From: Podarcis liolepis
Taxonomy: Eukaryota
Strand: one strand, 5' to 3'
Length of the DNA stretch: 64,000 bases
Assembly: GCA_965112155.1 (NCBI GenBank)
Contig: OZ218104.1
Positions 1-12,698 of this stretch are shown one piece after another; the first letter of the stretch is position 1; each line of letters begins with the position of its first letter. The position numbers and the translations under genes were made by a program. Below the pieces are notes generated by a model, which ran no database searches, was not told where the DNA came from, and saw only the letters and a program-made list of their open reading frames with translations.

Positions 1-689
1 TTTTTTAAGTAACACCGCCTCCCTCTCTCTCTTTCTCCTTTCTCGCTTGGCCGTTCGGCAAGTTAATAAGTTAACACTTAATAATAATAACAATAACTAG
101 GGAATCTATCATGGACTTTGCATGAGAGAAGGAAATAAATGACTGCAAGACACTTTAACTTGAAGATGAAATATCATCTAACATAAAGTAGAGTAGATAG
201 ATGCTTGTATCAAGCAATGGTTTTAAATAATTATATCTGCCTCTAGTATGTGATCGGCAGATGGACAATCAGAAGTATCTCTTTTGTAATCTTTGTTAAT
301 GCTTATCTGACTTTGCTTCCTTTTCTCTTTTTCCTCTCTTCTCTCTCCATACCTCTATTGTTTTTTTTTCCCGTTATTCTTTTGCTGCTTCTTCTCAACT
401 TTTGTATGGTGTGTGGTCCCTGACAGGGTTAAGGAATGATCAACATGTAGATGACAGTGATGGTTAGTTGATGAAGGACCCTGTGTGAGAGGCAAGGAAG
501 AGAAGAACTCCCAGGGTGAGAGAAGAACGGAAAGCTCCCAGGTGAGAGCTGGTAGGGTTCACCTTTCTCTGTGTGGGGCAAGCTAAGATCTACCTGTGAA
601 TTCTTCCCTCTTTCTCTCTTGATTTTTGTTTTTGTATAGATTCATCTGGCCTTTTATTGTACTGTAATGTGATATACACACACACACAC

Positions 690-898
690 ACATTAAAGGA
701 AGAACTGTCTTTCAGTAAGGGCTGTTTGACAGTGGAACGGAATCCCTTGGGAGGTGATAGAGTCTCCTTCCTTGGAGGTTTTTAAGCAGAGGTTGGATGG
801 TCATTTGTCATGGATGCTTGAGTTGAGATTCCTGCCCTGCAGGAGGTTAGACTAAATGATCCTCTTGGTCCCTTCCAGCTCTACAATTCTGATTCTAT
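690..898 (+). mobile_element. CR1 LINE 3' end fragment
   Basis: CR1-type 3' sequence (cttggaggtttttaagcagaggttggatgg...ggtcccttccagctctacaattctgattctat) ending in an attctat-type tail. Confidence 0.85.
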
Positions 899-1989
899 AA
901 AGATTTCTAGAGCAAGATGTGCAATATGATCACCAACATCATCTACCTGAAGTATTCAATTAAAAAACACATGGAAGAAAGGCAGGAGAAATGGAATAAT
1001 CTATAATAAGAATGGGTAGTAAGTTTATATTGTAAGAGCAAGAAAACCAGATTTCAAACCAAGCATCTGCTACACAACTCTGGTTATGTATGGGGATTTT
1101 TTCAACACACACAAAGTTGTTGTATTCTCCACAAGTACCCCCCCCCCCATGGGATAAATCATAATCTTTCATCTAACCCACAAACTGCAGCATTCATTTT
1201 TAAGATATGAAATCAATCTGTAAAGGGCTGATCCATACAACACCTTATGAAAAGGGAGAGAAAGCAGTTCCTTCAATGTGACTGCAAGAAACATTTACAA
1301 AAAAAGGACAGTGTGATTATCTGTCTTGGCATTTAGCTACACCAACTGAATTAATATTATTTAGCTGCACTGACAGAGCTCGTTCCTTGCAGATTCTTTA
1401 TCCTGGGATTTCTTAAATGTCTGCAGTCTAGGGGAGGGGCGAGGAGAGAAGAAACCCTTCTGGGACACAGCATAAAATCATTGAGCACTTTGACAGTAGC
1501 CTATGCAACAAATCCAAAACCATATTGAGTTCAAAGGATAATGATAAAGATCATCTGAAGTCAGAGGAAGCTAAAGGACATCCTTCCCGTAGCTCTGCAT
1601 GAGATTTGGAGTTTCCTCACATGTGACAGATACTTGCATAAAACTAGACCAGTCTGAAGTTCAATATTTTTATGTCTGTCAAACTGAACACTGATTGACC
1701 CCTTAATCTCCCTGCAGGTCACTAAATATCATCTTTTGAAGTTGTGTATGGAGAGACACCTTGATAAGCTCTGTCGAAGAAGCATTTCCTGACAATCATG
1801 ACTTCCTAAGCATTCTGATGTTCTCAGAAACAAATTTGTGTTTGCTGTTATTATATATTTTCCCCATGCTTTCATTCCATGTTACATTTTAAGAAGCTAA
1901 CCATTGCACAAATAAAATTCAAGCATTCTACGATGCACATATTTGGACACCACACTGAAATATTAAGATTTTCTTTAAAAATAAATAAA

Positions 1990-2485
1990 ATTGAGATGCA
2001 TATTCACACTCCTGTCTCAGGGACATCTCCGTTGGCATGGCCATGCCCACAGAATAGAAGATGACAGGTTTCCCAAGGACATGCTCTATGGGGAGCTGGC
2101 TTCAGGCACCAGGCCCATTGGTAGACCAACTCTGTGTTACAAAGATGTCTGCAAATGTGATATGAAGGCTGGCAGTGTTAACCCTGCTGTGTGGGAATCC
2201 CTTGCAGATGATTGCAGCCCATGAAGATAATCAGTCAGGTTATGTATCCACAGCAGTGACCAGAGGAAGAATGATTGCTGGAAGGAGTGCAGAAAAAAGA
2301 AACACAATGGTATACCTGCATCAGCACAACCAGATGCCTTCATCTGCCCCAGGTGCAACAAAACATGTCTCTCCTGTATCAGTCACTACAGCTACAGCAG
2401 GCATGGTAGCTCTCCAATTTTTGGACTTCACTCCTGAAAACACACTTTTCCATTGTCTTTTAAGACAGATGAATGCCAGCCAACT
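1990..2485 (+). mobile_element. RTE-clade LINE 3' fragment (ORF C-terminus and 3' UTR), degraded
   Basis: ORF 1991-2224 reads LRWHGHAHRIEDDRFPKDMLYGELASGTRPIGRPTLCYKDVCK, the conserved RTE C-terminal motif; a downstream FICPRCNKTC zinc-finger-like segment follows. Confidence 0.85.
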
Positions 2486-4650
2486 TAGTATACGCATCTT
2501 GGTACACATTGCTCAGCTGAAGAACAACACTGCAGAATTTGAAGTGCAAATTTCAGAGGATGGCTGTGTTTTTGTTCCAACAAGTATGAATTTGGTAAGC
2601 TTGCCTTTAAATGCAAACCGGATCTAATTTCTCCCCCATCCCTATTGAATACTCATGTAAGAAAGTCCTCAATGGGTCTTACTCCCTCTTAAGTGTTCTT
2701 TTGTGTCCTTTTAGGAGGCAGCTAAATTATGGTGAGGGTCTCTTGCCATGACTCTCTAAATAAAACTTTCTGTCTCATGAAAGGGGGAGAAAGTCCATTT
2801 TGATCCTCTCCTTCTACAGCTGCAGCTTTAGAAAGTCCTTCTGCTTCTCTGCTAAGTCAACACAAATCAAGCATAATCATACAAGTTTGTCCTTTATGTT
2901 TCATTGCACATGTTTCACCCTATTAGCCAAGGTCATTTGCTGGTGCTGGGAGCATTTTATCTTGGCAATGAAAGGAGCCTTGCAGTCTTACACCTGATAT
3001 TGAATTACAAACTGATCATACATGTATGGGCTTTGAACATTCCTGTATTTCTATGCTAAGTGTTTTAGATTCTACACATTTGTTTTGTTTTTAACTAAAA
3101 GTGGCAATATTTCTCCCCTGGTTAAACTAACAGTCTCCTCTCCTTGCTACTTCCAACACTACCATAGCTGTGCCAGACAGGAGGGAAGAATAGAAGGAAA
3201 AAGCAGGAAGACTCTGGGCTGTATCTAGCACTCTCTGTCCTTGAGTGCAAAGGCTTTTGCACTAGCAAAAAACTGAGGGGTCATTCACATTTAGCTTTGC
3301 TCCATGCTTTGTAGGCACAGGTCTGGGATTTCCAGGTCTGAGTCCAAGCAGGACTCTTTTTGTCCCAGCACTTTTCCTGGGGAAAGCCACATTTTACTCC
3401 TAACTGGAGCAAACAGCAATCCATCAAAAACATGATCATCATTTACTCCAATGCAGTGGTAAAACACACATACACCTCGTAAATATAGAGTGTGGTTTGG
3501 ATTCATGACATTTTTCTTCTCCTGAATCACCACAAAACTAATGTAGCAAAACACGAATTGCTATGAAAATTCAGGTTTTCATTGAAATTTGTACTGTCTG
3601 GATGCTTCTGCTAATTAGCAATCCCTGACACTTTCGCAATAAATTAAATTGTATATGGAAAAGTTAGCAGATTACCATAGTCGAGCCACTGCCAATTTAA
3701 CAAGAAATGTTAACAAAAGCGCTTGCTTTAAACATGACACACTCAATTACTTTTCACAGTTTAGGGAACATGATCATCACTGAAAATAAGATTTCTGATC
3801 ATAGCCATGTTGTATATGTGTACCTTTGTATCAGAATCTGTCTAGATTCTGCATTGCTTAAGTGGCTTTGACTTTCGTTACCCCATTTGTTACTCACTTA
3901 CCTTCTCTGGTTGTGATAGAGGTCCCCATGGCAACTGACAACCTAGTGGCTGTCCCCACCCCCCTAGAATGCACCAGCATGATACTATGGAAAATAAAAT
4001 GGTGGCTGCCAGGAAGCAGCTACCAACAAACAATCCAATTAGAAGAAGAAGCAACAAAAGAGAAAACAACAAATGTGAGTACCATAATAAGACAAATTTG
4101 AATACAATGGATGAATTATGAGACAAATAAGATTTTCAGCAAACAAGTAGGGTTTTTACTAAAGAAAATGAATGGAATTATGAAACAAAAGCAAAGCAAA
4201 ATCCCTCACAACTCTTCCTGAATTGGTTGAACAGTGATTTCCTGCAATTCACTCTAAAAGTACTGAGGTCCCTGACCTCACCTGTCTCATCCTATACAGC
4301 AAAGCCCCTTTAAGGTTGAAGGCACTGGCAAAGCTGAATCTCTCTTGCTATAGAATGAGATGCATTTCACTGTGACGTTAACTCATGGCTTAGAAGAAGT
4401 TAATGAAACCATTCAAGTTCAATACTTTAATCTCTCAAATTGGTTTATCTTAGCCTTGTGGCCGTTTCTTATTTCATAATATGCCTAACACAAAATATCT
4501 GCAAAGGCTTACAAAATTAAATGAAGGCAAGTGTGTACAATTTTGAGCTCATTAGGAGCCATTCATATGTTCATCTGTCTCATTAGAGATGTTTTCGTGA
4601 ACTGGGAAAGTGCTTTGGAATCTGCAATTTTTAATTTCCCTGCCAACTGG

Positions 4651-4788
4651 NNNNNNNNNNNNNNNNNNNNNNNNNNNNNNNNNNNNNNNNNNNNNNNNNN
4701 NNNNNNNNNNNNNNNNNNNNNNNNNNNNNNNNNNNNNNNNNNNNNNNNNNNNNNNNNNNNNNNNNNNNNNNNNNNNNNNNNNNNNNNN
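4651..4788. other. Assembly gap (138 N)
   Basis: Run of N. Confidence 0.95.
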
Positions 4789-4918
4789 ACTAAGAGAGGA
4801 GCACAAAGTACTGAAAAGATGTTCGGTTTCAGATGTTCAGTTCCCATTTTCACAGGTTTCTCACACTTCAGTTAAAGCTCAAGGGAAGTAGCTCCTCCCA
4901 TGGGACTTTATTCAAATC

Positions 4919-5175
4919 AGAAAGTCAGTGTGGTGTAGTGGTTAAGAGTGGTAGTCACGTAATCTGGGGAACCGGGTTCGCGTCTCCGCTCCTCCACATG
5001 CAGCTGCTGGGTGACCTTGGGCCAGTCACACTTCTTTGAAGTCTCTCAGCCCCACTCACCTCACAGAGTGTTTGTTGTGGGGGAGGAAGGGAAAGGAGAT
5101 TGTTAGCCGCTTTGAGACTCCTGAAGGGGAGTGAAAGGCGGGATATCAAATCCAAACTCTTCTTCTTCTTCTTCA
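4919..5175 (+). mobile_element. tRNA-derived SINE, Squam3/MIR-like, near full length with (TTC)n tail
   Basis: Pol III A box (tggtgtagtggtt) and B-box-like gggttcgcgtc; core gggtgaccttgggccagtcac; L2-like 3' end (gttagccgctttgag...ggcgggatat); (TTC)n tail. Confidence 0.85.
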
Positions 5176-5668
5176 TGTGCAAGTGAGACAAACACGACCA
5201 GTGGGCAAAGACAGTATGCAAGAAGACGGCCAAAGGTTGCATGCCCACAGCACCCAACACCTTCTTGGAATATGTATTAGTAGTAATGACAGTTTTATGT
5301 GTTTGGCTATAATCCTTAGCAAAGATAAAAATACATTCAAAATTGAGCCACAAATCTGACTCTTAATTTCCTGACTGCCAACTCAAATAAGAAAGCACAT
5401 AAGGTAATATAAGTTTTCTGGCCTGATAGCAAAACACACATGAAGTCACTTAGTGTAACAACATTCATCCTCCAGCTAAACTCAGATATTTTTCGTGAGA
5501 ATCCTTATATAGAGGACACCAAGTAATAAAGTGAACAATGTTTTCTACAGCCATCATTGAATATGTGAGGGGGGTTAATATGAATATCCCTCATCTCATT
5601 ACATTTAGAGATTTAGTTTGGAAGACCATTTCGGCTCTAAATTAATTCTATAGTGTTGAAAAATATGG

Positions 5669-5704
<36 letters not shown>

Positions 5705-6961
5705 ATATATATATTGGTGCTGTGAATATTTCTTAGTCATATTTCCATATATTTGCCCATTTTTTCCATGCATCATCATTCATTTATAATAATAATGTAA
5801 TAAACTGCAGAGATTGTGTGACTCAGACTTTATATATGCAGGGATTTAGGATTAAAAATTCTAACCCCTAACCCTAAACCTACACATATTAAAGTGTATT
5901 TTATAAAGCACATTTCTTATGTTACGGCAGTCCATGTACATATGGTTATTTTCTTTTCACAAAAACGCACACTCTTCTTCTGTTTTCCTACAAATTACCA
6001 GTAAATAGCTAAAAATAAAAGCTATCATTATTAATCTTTGTTCGGTGTTGTCTGGCTGCCCTGCAATTAATAACCGGTGTTAAATCCCCTTCTGAGAAAC
6101 AGGGTGAAGATAGCCATACCTACCAATACCATGTTGCTATGAATTCAGTACTCCCTTGCTGGATCTCAGTGATTTACTTTTTAAAAAATACTTTCCAGTC
6201 CAGTCCTATAGAACAGTTATGCATTATATAAATGGAGGCTTAATCACATCTGGGGAAATTGCTCAGTCCTTACGTTTCTGAAATAAAATCCTAGCTTAAA
6301 AAAAAAAAAGCGGGAAAAGAAAATATGTTTCAATTTTCCATTCTGGAATTCTATTTCAGCTTTCAATTGAACTTGTGGCGTGTGCAACCAACTATGAATG
6401 CTGTGAGCTCAATGGCTTGAAATAGCATCAGGAGAACAAATCTTTGTTTCACTCAGAAAGAAAGAGAAAGTATTTAAGGTATATCAGAAACTACGGGTGG
6501 ACATTTATGCTGAAAAGTATTACACACACTCTCTTTCTCTATCTTAGGGAATTCCTGTTATAATACATACATATTACTTGCATACATGCATATATGCATA
6601 TTATGCTTTTGGTTCATGCATAGAAACATTTCCTGTTATAAGGTATTTTCAGACTTGTGGCTGAAATGAGAACCAAGAAAGTCATAAGATATATCTCATA
6701 CGAGGACCACCTCCTCCACTGCAGGGAAACAGAATGTTGGGCTTACTATTGCAAGTCCTTTTTATACAGGAGTGGAGGGGATCTGACCAGCCCCAGGACT
6801 GATGATGTGGTGGAGAGAAGAGCAGTGATCAGTCCTATTCAAGCAGCCAGGCTATTTCCCCCCCCCCCTTCCCATCTCTCTCTCTCTCCCTTCTCTGTCT
6901 CTCTCTCAGTCTTAATCTCTCCTTTTTTCTCTTTCTCTTTCTATACTGTTTTGTTTTGATT

Positions 6962-7420
6962 GTTCATCATCAAACCTTTATTGGCATCACATACAAACAT
7001 TCAGAATAAATAGGCCAGTGTGATATTGTTGCCATTTCAACAGTACAGTCATTTGCCAAAGGGAAGAAGAGGCGAGCAATCTATTTAATCTCTGTGAGTC
7101 TCCAGCAGGGGCAGGATCCTGTAGCATACTTCGGCAACAAAAAATCAAATAGAGGAACTTAGCTACTGTCTTGGTGAGCTCCTGGTCTCTCCCCTGTAAT
7201 AAGAAGCATATAACCTCTGTCTCTTGTTTCCATGTTGGAATACATGGATGGTCTAGAAATTGTTGGTGGAGATCATCATGCATTTTACATTTAAGGGCCA
7301 TGTGAGCTAGAGTTTCCACCAGGTGGGCATCGCATGTGCAGATCCTATCTCCTTCTGCCTTGCTATTCTTGGCTACTGTTAGTTGTGACACTTGTGAACT
7401 GAGACAGAGCTGCCCTCCCA
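6962..7420 (-). mobile_element. Non-LTR retrotransposon 3' end with C-terminal Cys/His knuckle (RTE-X-like)
   Basis: ORF 6987-7421(-) contains RICTCDAHLVETLAHMALKC (C-C-H-C) followed by FLL...VAKFL; the minus strand ends gccAATAAAggtttgatgatga. Confidence 0.6.
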
Positions 7421-7583
7421 CTCAGAGTAAATGTCATCAAGTTGCATAATCCTGCCCAGCGGAAGTGAGTGGAAGCAACAACTAGATCACTTTGTGAAGT
7501 CCCGGAATGGAAGACACTTTAGCGAAGCAAAAGAGTAACAAATGCCTTCATTAGAGGACCATACTATATAGGGCCATACACTA

Positions 7584-7834
7584 CAGTCATACCTTGGTTT
7601 TTGAACAGCCTAGTACTAGGACGTTTTGGCTCCCGAATGATCAAAATCTGGAAGTGAATGTTCCAGTTTTTGAATGTTCTTTTGGAAGCTGTACATCTGA
7701 TGGGGCTTCCGTGGCTGCCGATTGGCTGCAGGAGCTTCCTGCAGCCAATCAGAAGCTGTGCTTTGGTTTTTGAATGCTTTGGAAGTTGAACGGACTTCCG
7801 GAACAGATTCTGTTTGACTTCCAAGGTGCGACCG
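7584..7834. mobile_element. Tc1/mariner (Tigger-like) MITE
   Basis: TIRs cagtcataccttgg / ccaaggtgcgaccg with TA on both sides; internal inverted repeat gattggctgcagga...tcctgcagccaatc. Confidence 0.8.
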
Positions 7835-9207
7835 TATAGGGTCATAACACATGGTGAGCTATATATTGTAAGCTTATACTGTAACCTATAAATCTCTGAT
7901 GTCCATATCAGCATTAGGAGCAACAGAAGCGATAATATGTGGCAGAGTGTAAGAGCTCATTCATATCGCCATTTGCCCTGTTGCTTTCTTCTGAGAAAAC
8001 CTGCAGTTTACCGCTAAATCAGACCAAATGGCAATCAAGTTTTCCATGGATTGCTATTTCAATTCAGCGGCAAAAAGTGTGTTTCTCAGAGGAAAGCCAT
8101 GAGGCAAATTCAAAATCACTGAGTTCTTGAGCTACCACTTTAATTCCCCAATAATGCTCCGGTGGTGCTGCATCAGGGACATTGTGGGAAATTAATGCAT
8201 CAGCTCATAGATCAAGCTGATTCAACCACCAGGGGAACAAAGGAAGTTGGGATGGGGAGCCCAGGGCAGGTGTTAGTGGTAGGCTTTGCCAGGATTCTGT
8301 GCCCTAACAACTGGCAAAGGATGCCATGTGCCAACACCAGACATTTAAAGTGTAGCAAATTGATCCAATAAATTTCATTTTAGCTTGCTGCACCTCTCAT
8401 TATGTGGGAGCTCAATAATATCAATATGCTGAACTGTACTACGCTCAACTGCCAATCTCATATGATTCTTCACAAGGTACATCTTGATTTTATATTGTCA
8501 TTTATTCTCATATTTAATGTTTGTTGTGTGTGGAGGGGAGATCTGTCATGTGCTATAGGAGATACAGTGAAATGCCTAATGTGTTATTTCAGAGTGTACT
8601 TATTGGTAGCAAAAGGAAGACTTATAAGGAAAAGTCAAAATTTTCTCCATAACTTACTCAATGTTCTTAGAATTGTTTGCTTTATGAGGGTTTGCTACAG
8701 AGGATAGATTAAAATGCCTGCTACTCTGTGATTTTTGCAAACTACACCTTGGCAAATATAAATCTGTCAAATATTGCAACTTAGTTTTGGTATTATTATA
8801 TACTAGGAAAATAGCAATATAGCATTACTTTCCAATATAACTGAACTTCAGGAAACATTTGAAAAAGCACGGAGGACTAGAGTTCAAATAAAATCTAAGT
8901 ATCTAAGATATGAAGAAGTTTATGGCGGTGCAATGTTTAAGATTGGTATTTCTCTTTTTATTAATTCTTGTAGAGCCCCCCACAATATTATTTTTTTGTG
9001 CTCCAGTTTATCATTTCAGCTTTCACTGCATTTCCAATAGCCTTACAGGGATTCCCCCCTGCCATTCCTTTCATCTGAAGATTCATCAGAACCTACTTTT
9101 GCAAAAGAAAAAATCCCTTGCTTTGTGTCAGATTCTTCCCTTTCCAGATCCAGTTTCAGTCAGAAAACTATTAACAAGAATATTAACCCCTGCTCAAACA
9201 TTTGGAA

Positions 9208-9391
9208 AAGGGTCACAGCTCAGTGGCAGAGTAGGAGGTCCCGGAATCAACCCCAGACATCTCCAGGTGGGGTTAGGAGAGCCCCCCTGTCTGATATCCT
9301 GGAGAGCCACTGCCAGTCATGTAGGCAATACTGAGCTAGATGGATCACCAGTACAAAAATGTAAAGCAGCTTCTTATTTCCCAACAATGTA
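9208..9391 (+). mobile_element. tRNA-headed squamate SINE (family with ...gagctagatggacc... body)
   Basis: Head cagctcagtggcagag...ggaatcaacccc and body ggagagccactgccagtc...actgagctagatgga; related copies at about 11783-11962(-), 18895-19065, 28548-28742, 32088-32229, 33290-33400(-), 37715-37868(-), 48090-48270 and 54875-55030. Confidence 0.75.
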
Positions 9392-9394
9392 GCA

Positions 9395-9593
9395 TAGCTT
9401 TTAGAGTGTTGGGAAACCAGGGTTCAAATCCCCACTTGGCCATGAAGCTCACTGGGTGACCTTTGGCCAGTCACTCATTTTCAGTCTAACCTACCTCACA
9501 GATTGTTGTGAAGATAAAATGAGAAGGTGAACTGTGTATGCCACTTTGAGCTCCTTGGAGGAAAGGTGAGATATAGCATAAGAAGAAGAAGAA
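9395..9593 (+). mobile_element. MIR/Squam3-like SINE, older copy
   Basis: B box gggttcaaatccc; core ctgggtgacctttggccagtcac...cctacctcacagattgttgtgaagataaaatg; (AAG)n tail. Confidence 0.7.
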
Positions 9594-11419
9594 AACATAT
9601 TTATAAAATCATTTAAAATGCTGCCACTTGTGTGGAGTTCAATAACCGGTTGGAGGGTGAATTCTTATCTTCCCAGGAAGACCATCATGGCACTGGAGAG
9701 ATCAACCTGGCCTCACTCACTTGTCAGTTAGGAAGGATCTTGCTTCCCTTCTTACTGCCAGGAAGAAAATGGTTCCAACTGCCAGTTGGCCAGATTATAG
9801 GGCTAAACAGAGACACACACTGGCCTCTACTACTGACCAGGAGACCTAGAGTTTTATCCACCTACCATACTCAGAGGAGTTCAGTTGAACTGAGTAAACT
9901 TAAGTCATTTGTGTCCATTGATTTCAATGGGTGGGCTTGACTTAGTTGGATCCGCCTACTAGATCTACCTGGAGATTGCATCCCCATGCCTCTTAGGAAG
10001 AACATGATGGCAGGAGGAGACCAATCTGGCCCTTCTGTTGATCAGTTAGGGCAGAGCTCTCATCTTCCTTCCTAGTGTCTTGCTCTACTCTTCCTTCCAC
10101 CTTGGTTTTTCTTTTTTGTAACATGTCTATTAGGTTGCAAGCTTACAAGAAGGGACAGGATTGTAAACTTGCAAACATGAACTGTATTTCCTCTCTATAC
10201 TACACTCACCCTGATCTTTCACCACACTGGTGAATGAATGTACTGCACAATGACAAACTAAGAATTAGAACAAACTAATTCTACTTTTGTTTCCATCCTC
10301 CTCCCTGCTGACTGCAAGTGACACAACCTGGAATGGTCATAAGGCAGGTGAGACTATCTAATGACAGGCTGTGGTTGGTGGGCCAGTGTCCTAATGGACT
10401 AGGCTCTGCTGTCAGGGAACCTCACTGTCTCACTTCACTCTTCAATGCAGCCAGGTAGAAAATATTAGCACCAACCTCATCGTACTTTGAAACTGAACCT
10501 TGGGTTTGTTGCTAGGCACATGACAGACATTGCATCGTTTAAAAGGGCGTTGCATTGCAATTGCCATGAACTCATACTCTTTAAAGTGAAGCTCAGTGAA
10601 GGCATTTTCACCCTGTGCTAAAAAAGTTTGTGGGTGTTGCACTTCTATCAATAGATGTTTGATGAAAACGCTTTGCAATGAAAATATCCATGCTACAAAT
10701 AAATGCTGTCAGTGAAGCAAACTGCATTTGAAGAAAATCAGGAGTGTGGATCTAACAGGGATTGTATCTGCAAAGACAATGTAAAATGCTGGCAAGGTAC
10801 AAGCGATCAATTCCACCCGGGCATTCAGCTGTATTCTTGTGGTGACACTTTACATAGGTCACAACTGACGCAATGCAAAATTTCAAATAGAATAGAGCAA
10901 GGTTATTGACAGTCAATGGTGTCAAAAGCTAACAAAAGATGCAGCAGCAGCATCTGCTGCCTTAGCAAATACAGGAGAACTGCTGTATGTGCTGGCAATA
11001 GAGTGGACCTATGGCATCTTAAAAACGTTATTTTGAAAACCCTATTACTGTGCCAGTATAGAACAGAAAAAGTAGTTAAGAAATATTTCAAGGGATGAAC
11101 AGATCTCCATTTTTCTGTATTTATTTATAAAGCATTTTACACAGCTTAATATAATAAAAATCTCTAATCAGTTCACATAGACACAATAAAAAACCCCAAC
11201 AACATGGGCTCAACTGTTCTTCTATGGTCCCTTTCCAGCTGACCACCATCTTTGTAAACCTGGTCCTATAGACTTGGGATGTGGCCTGTGGCCCTTCAGA
11301 TGTTATTGATGGTCATTGTTGCTGACCACTGGCCATGCTGGCTGCCTAATGGAAATTGGGATCCAACAACATCTGGAATGCTGTGGGATTCCCATTTCCC
11401 ATGGAGCTCCGTTAGTGCA

Positions 11420-11775
11420 AGTGTTTATAGAAAAAACACACAATAAGATAAATCCTTGTACTAATCTGAGCTATAGGAAAGGTTTAGCCCTTAAAGAATT
11501 GTCTAATGATCTGGATCTAATTATAAAAGAAGCTGATAAGGGAGGAGTTATAGCAATTATGAATAAATGGAAATACAAGGGGAAAGTAATGAGACAGCTG
11601 GGGGATTCGTCTTCTTGTATCTCATATGTAAAGTCTGTACAAAGAATCATTGACTTATTAAATGAAGGCTTGTCAAAGGGGCACATTGCAAAATCAAGTA
11701 CAGATATTTTAATATAATGCAAATCCTTGTATAGGAATTTCATATATTTGTTACCCGAGCTTCATAAAAATGAAT
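11420..11775 (+). mobile_element. Penelope-like element reverse transcriptase N-terminal fragment
   Basis: ORF 11316-11717 contains NLSYRKGLALKELSNDLDLIIKEADKGGVIAIMNK (PLE IKxADKG motif); after a stop and frameshift, LLPELHK matches the PLE LPKxHK motif. Confidence 0.8.
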
Positions 11776-12627
11776 CAAACATAGAACATAGAAAGTCACC
11801 TTATACTGAGAGGCCCCATTAGTTCATCTAACTCAGTACATTGACTGGCAATGGCTTATCTGGATTCCAGGCAATGGTCTCTACTGGCTGTACCTGAAGA
11901 TACTGGGGGTTGAAAATAGGACCTTCTGCATGCAAAGCCATGCCCTATATGGCCATTCCCCTACAACACTTATTCTTTTGCAGTGAACTTCAGTTTTTGA
12001 GCCATTATCTGTTTTAAGCCATTAACCCTTGGCCATCTTGGTTGCCCTCCTCTGCACACATTCCAGCTTGTCAATATCCTTCTTAAATTTTGATGTCAAA
12101 AGACTACGCTCTTGGTGGCAATTTCTCTTTTACAAAAAACAACTCAATACTTATTATCACACTGAGCATATGTGGAACATATTTTGTTATGATTGATTAA
12201 TGGATTCTATTCCCCATTTCCCCCCATTGTTTTCTTTTATTCAGCCTGCTACTGTTATTAACATTAAAAATACAAGAGCCCAACTGAACCAGATCAAAGG
12301 TTCCTTGAGTCATGCATCCAGCTTCCTACAGGGTTCACCCACTTTGGGAAGCCCACAAGTCAGACATGAAGACAATAGTCCTTCCCCACTATTGTTCTCC
12401 ACATGCTGCTCAGCCTGAAGTTTCTCTAGTGCCATCATGAATATATTCTGCACACTACTCTGTTGCCCACTGCCATGAATTGATCTAGCTTCCAGGAATT
12501 TGTCAAACAACATTTGTGTTGAGACACAACAGGCACCCACTATCTGCACTTTCAAGAAACAGTTGAGGACATTTTCATTTTGACAGGTTTTCCCAGCTGG
12601 ATAAATTGGTCCACTTGTTGGGCTTTT

Positions 12628-12629
<2 letters not shown>

Positions 12630-12691
<62 letters not shown>

Positions 12692-12698
12692 TGTGTGT
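12630..12698. repeat. Compound microsatellite (TC)n(TG)n
   Basis: Direct reading. Confidence 0.95.

Noticed and set aside
406-660. Possible LTR remnants (also about 17560-17870 and 53640-54025)
   Set aside because: Composition is LTR-like, but I could not establish termini or TSDs.
5871-5882. Telomere-like ctaaccc repeats
   Set aside because: Only about two imperfect units; too short to call an interstitial telomeric sequence.
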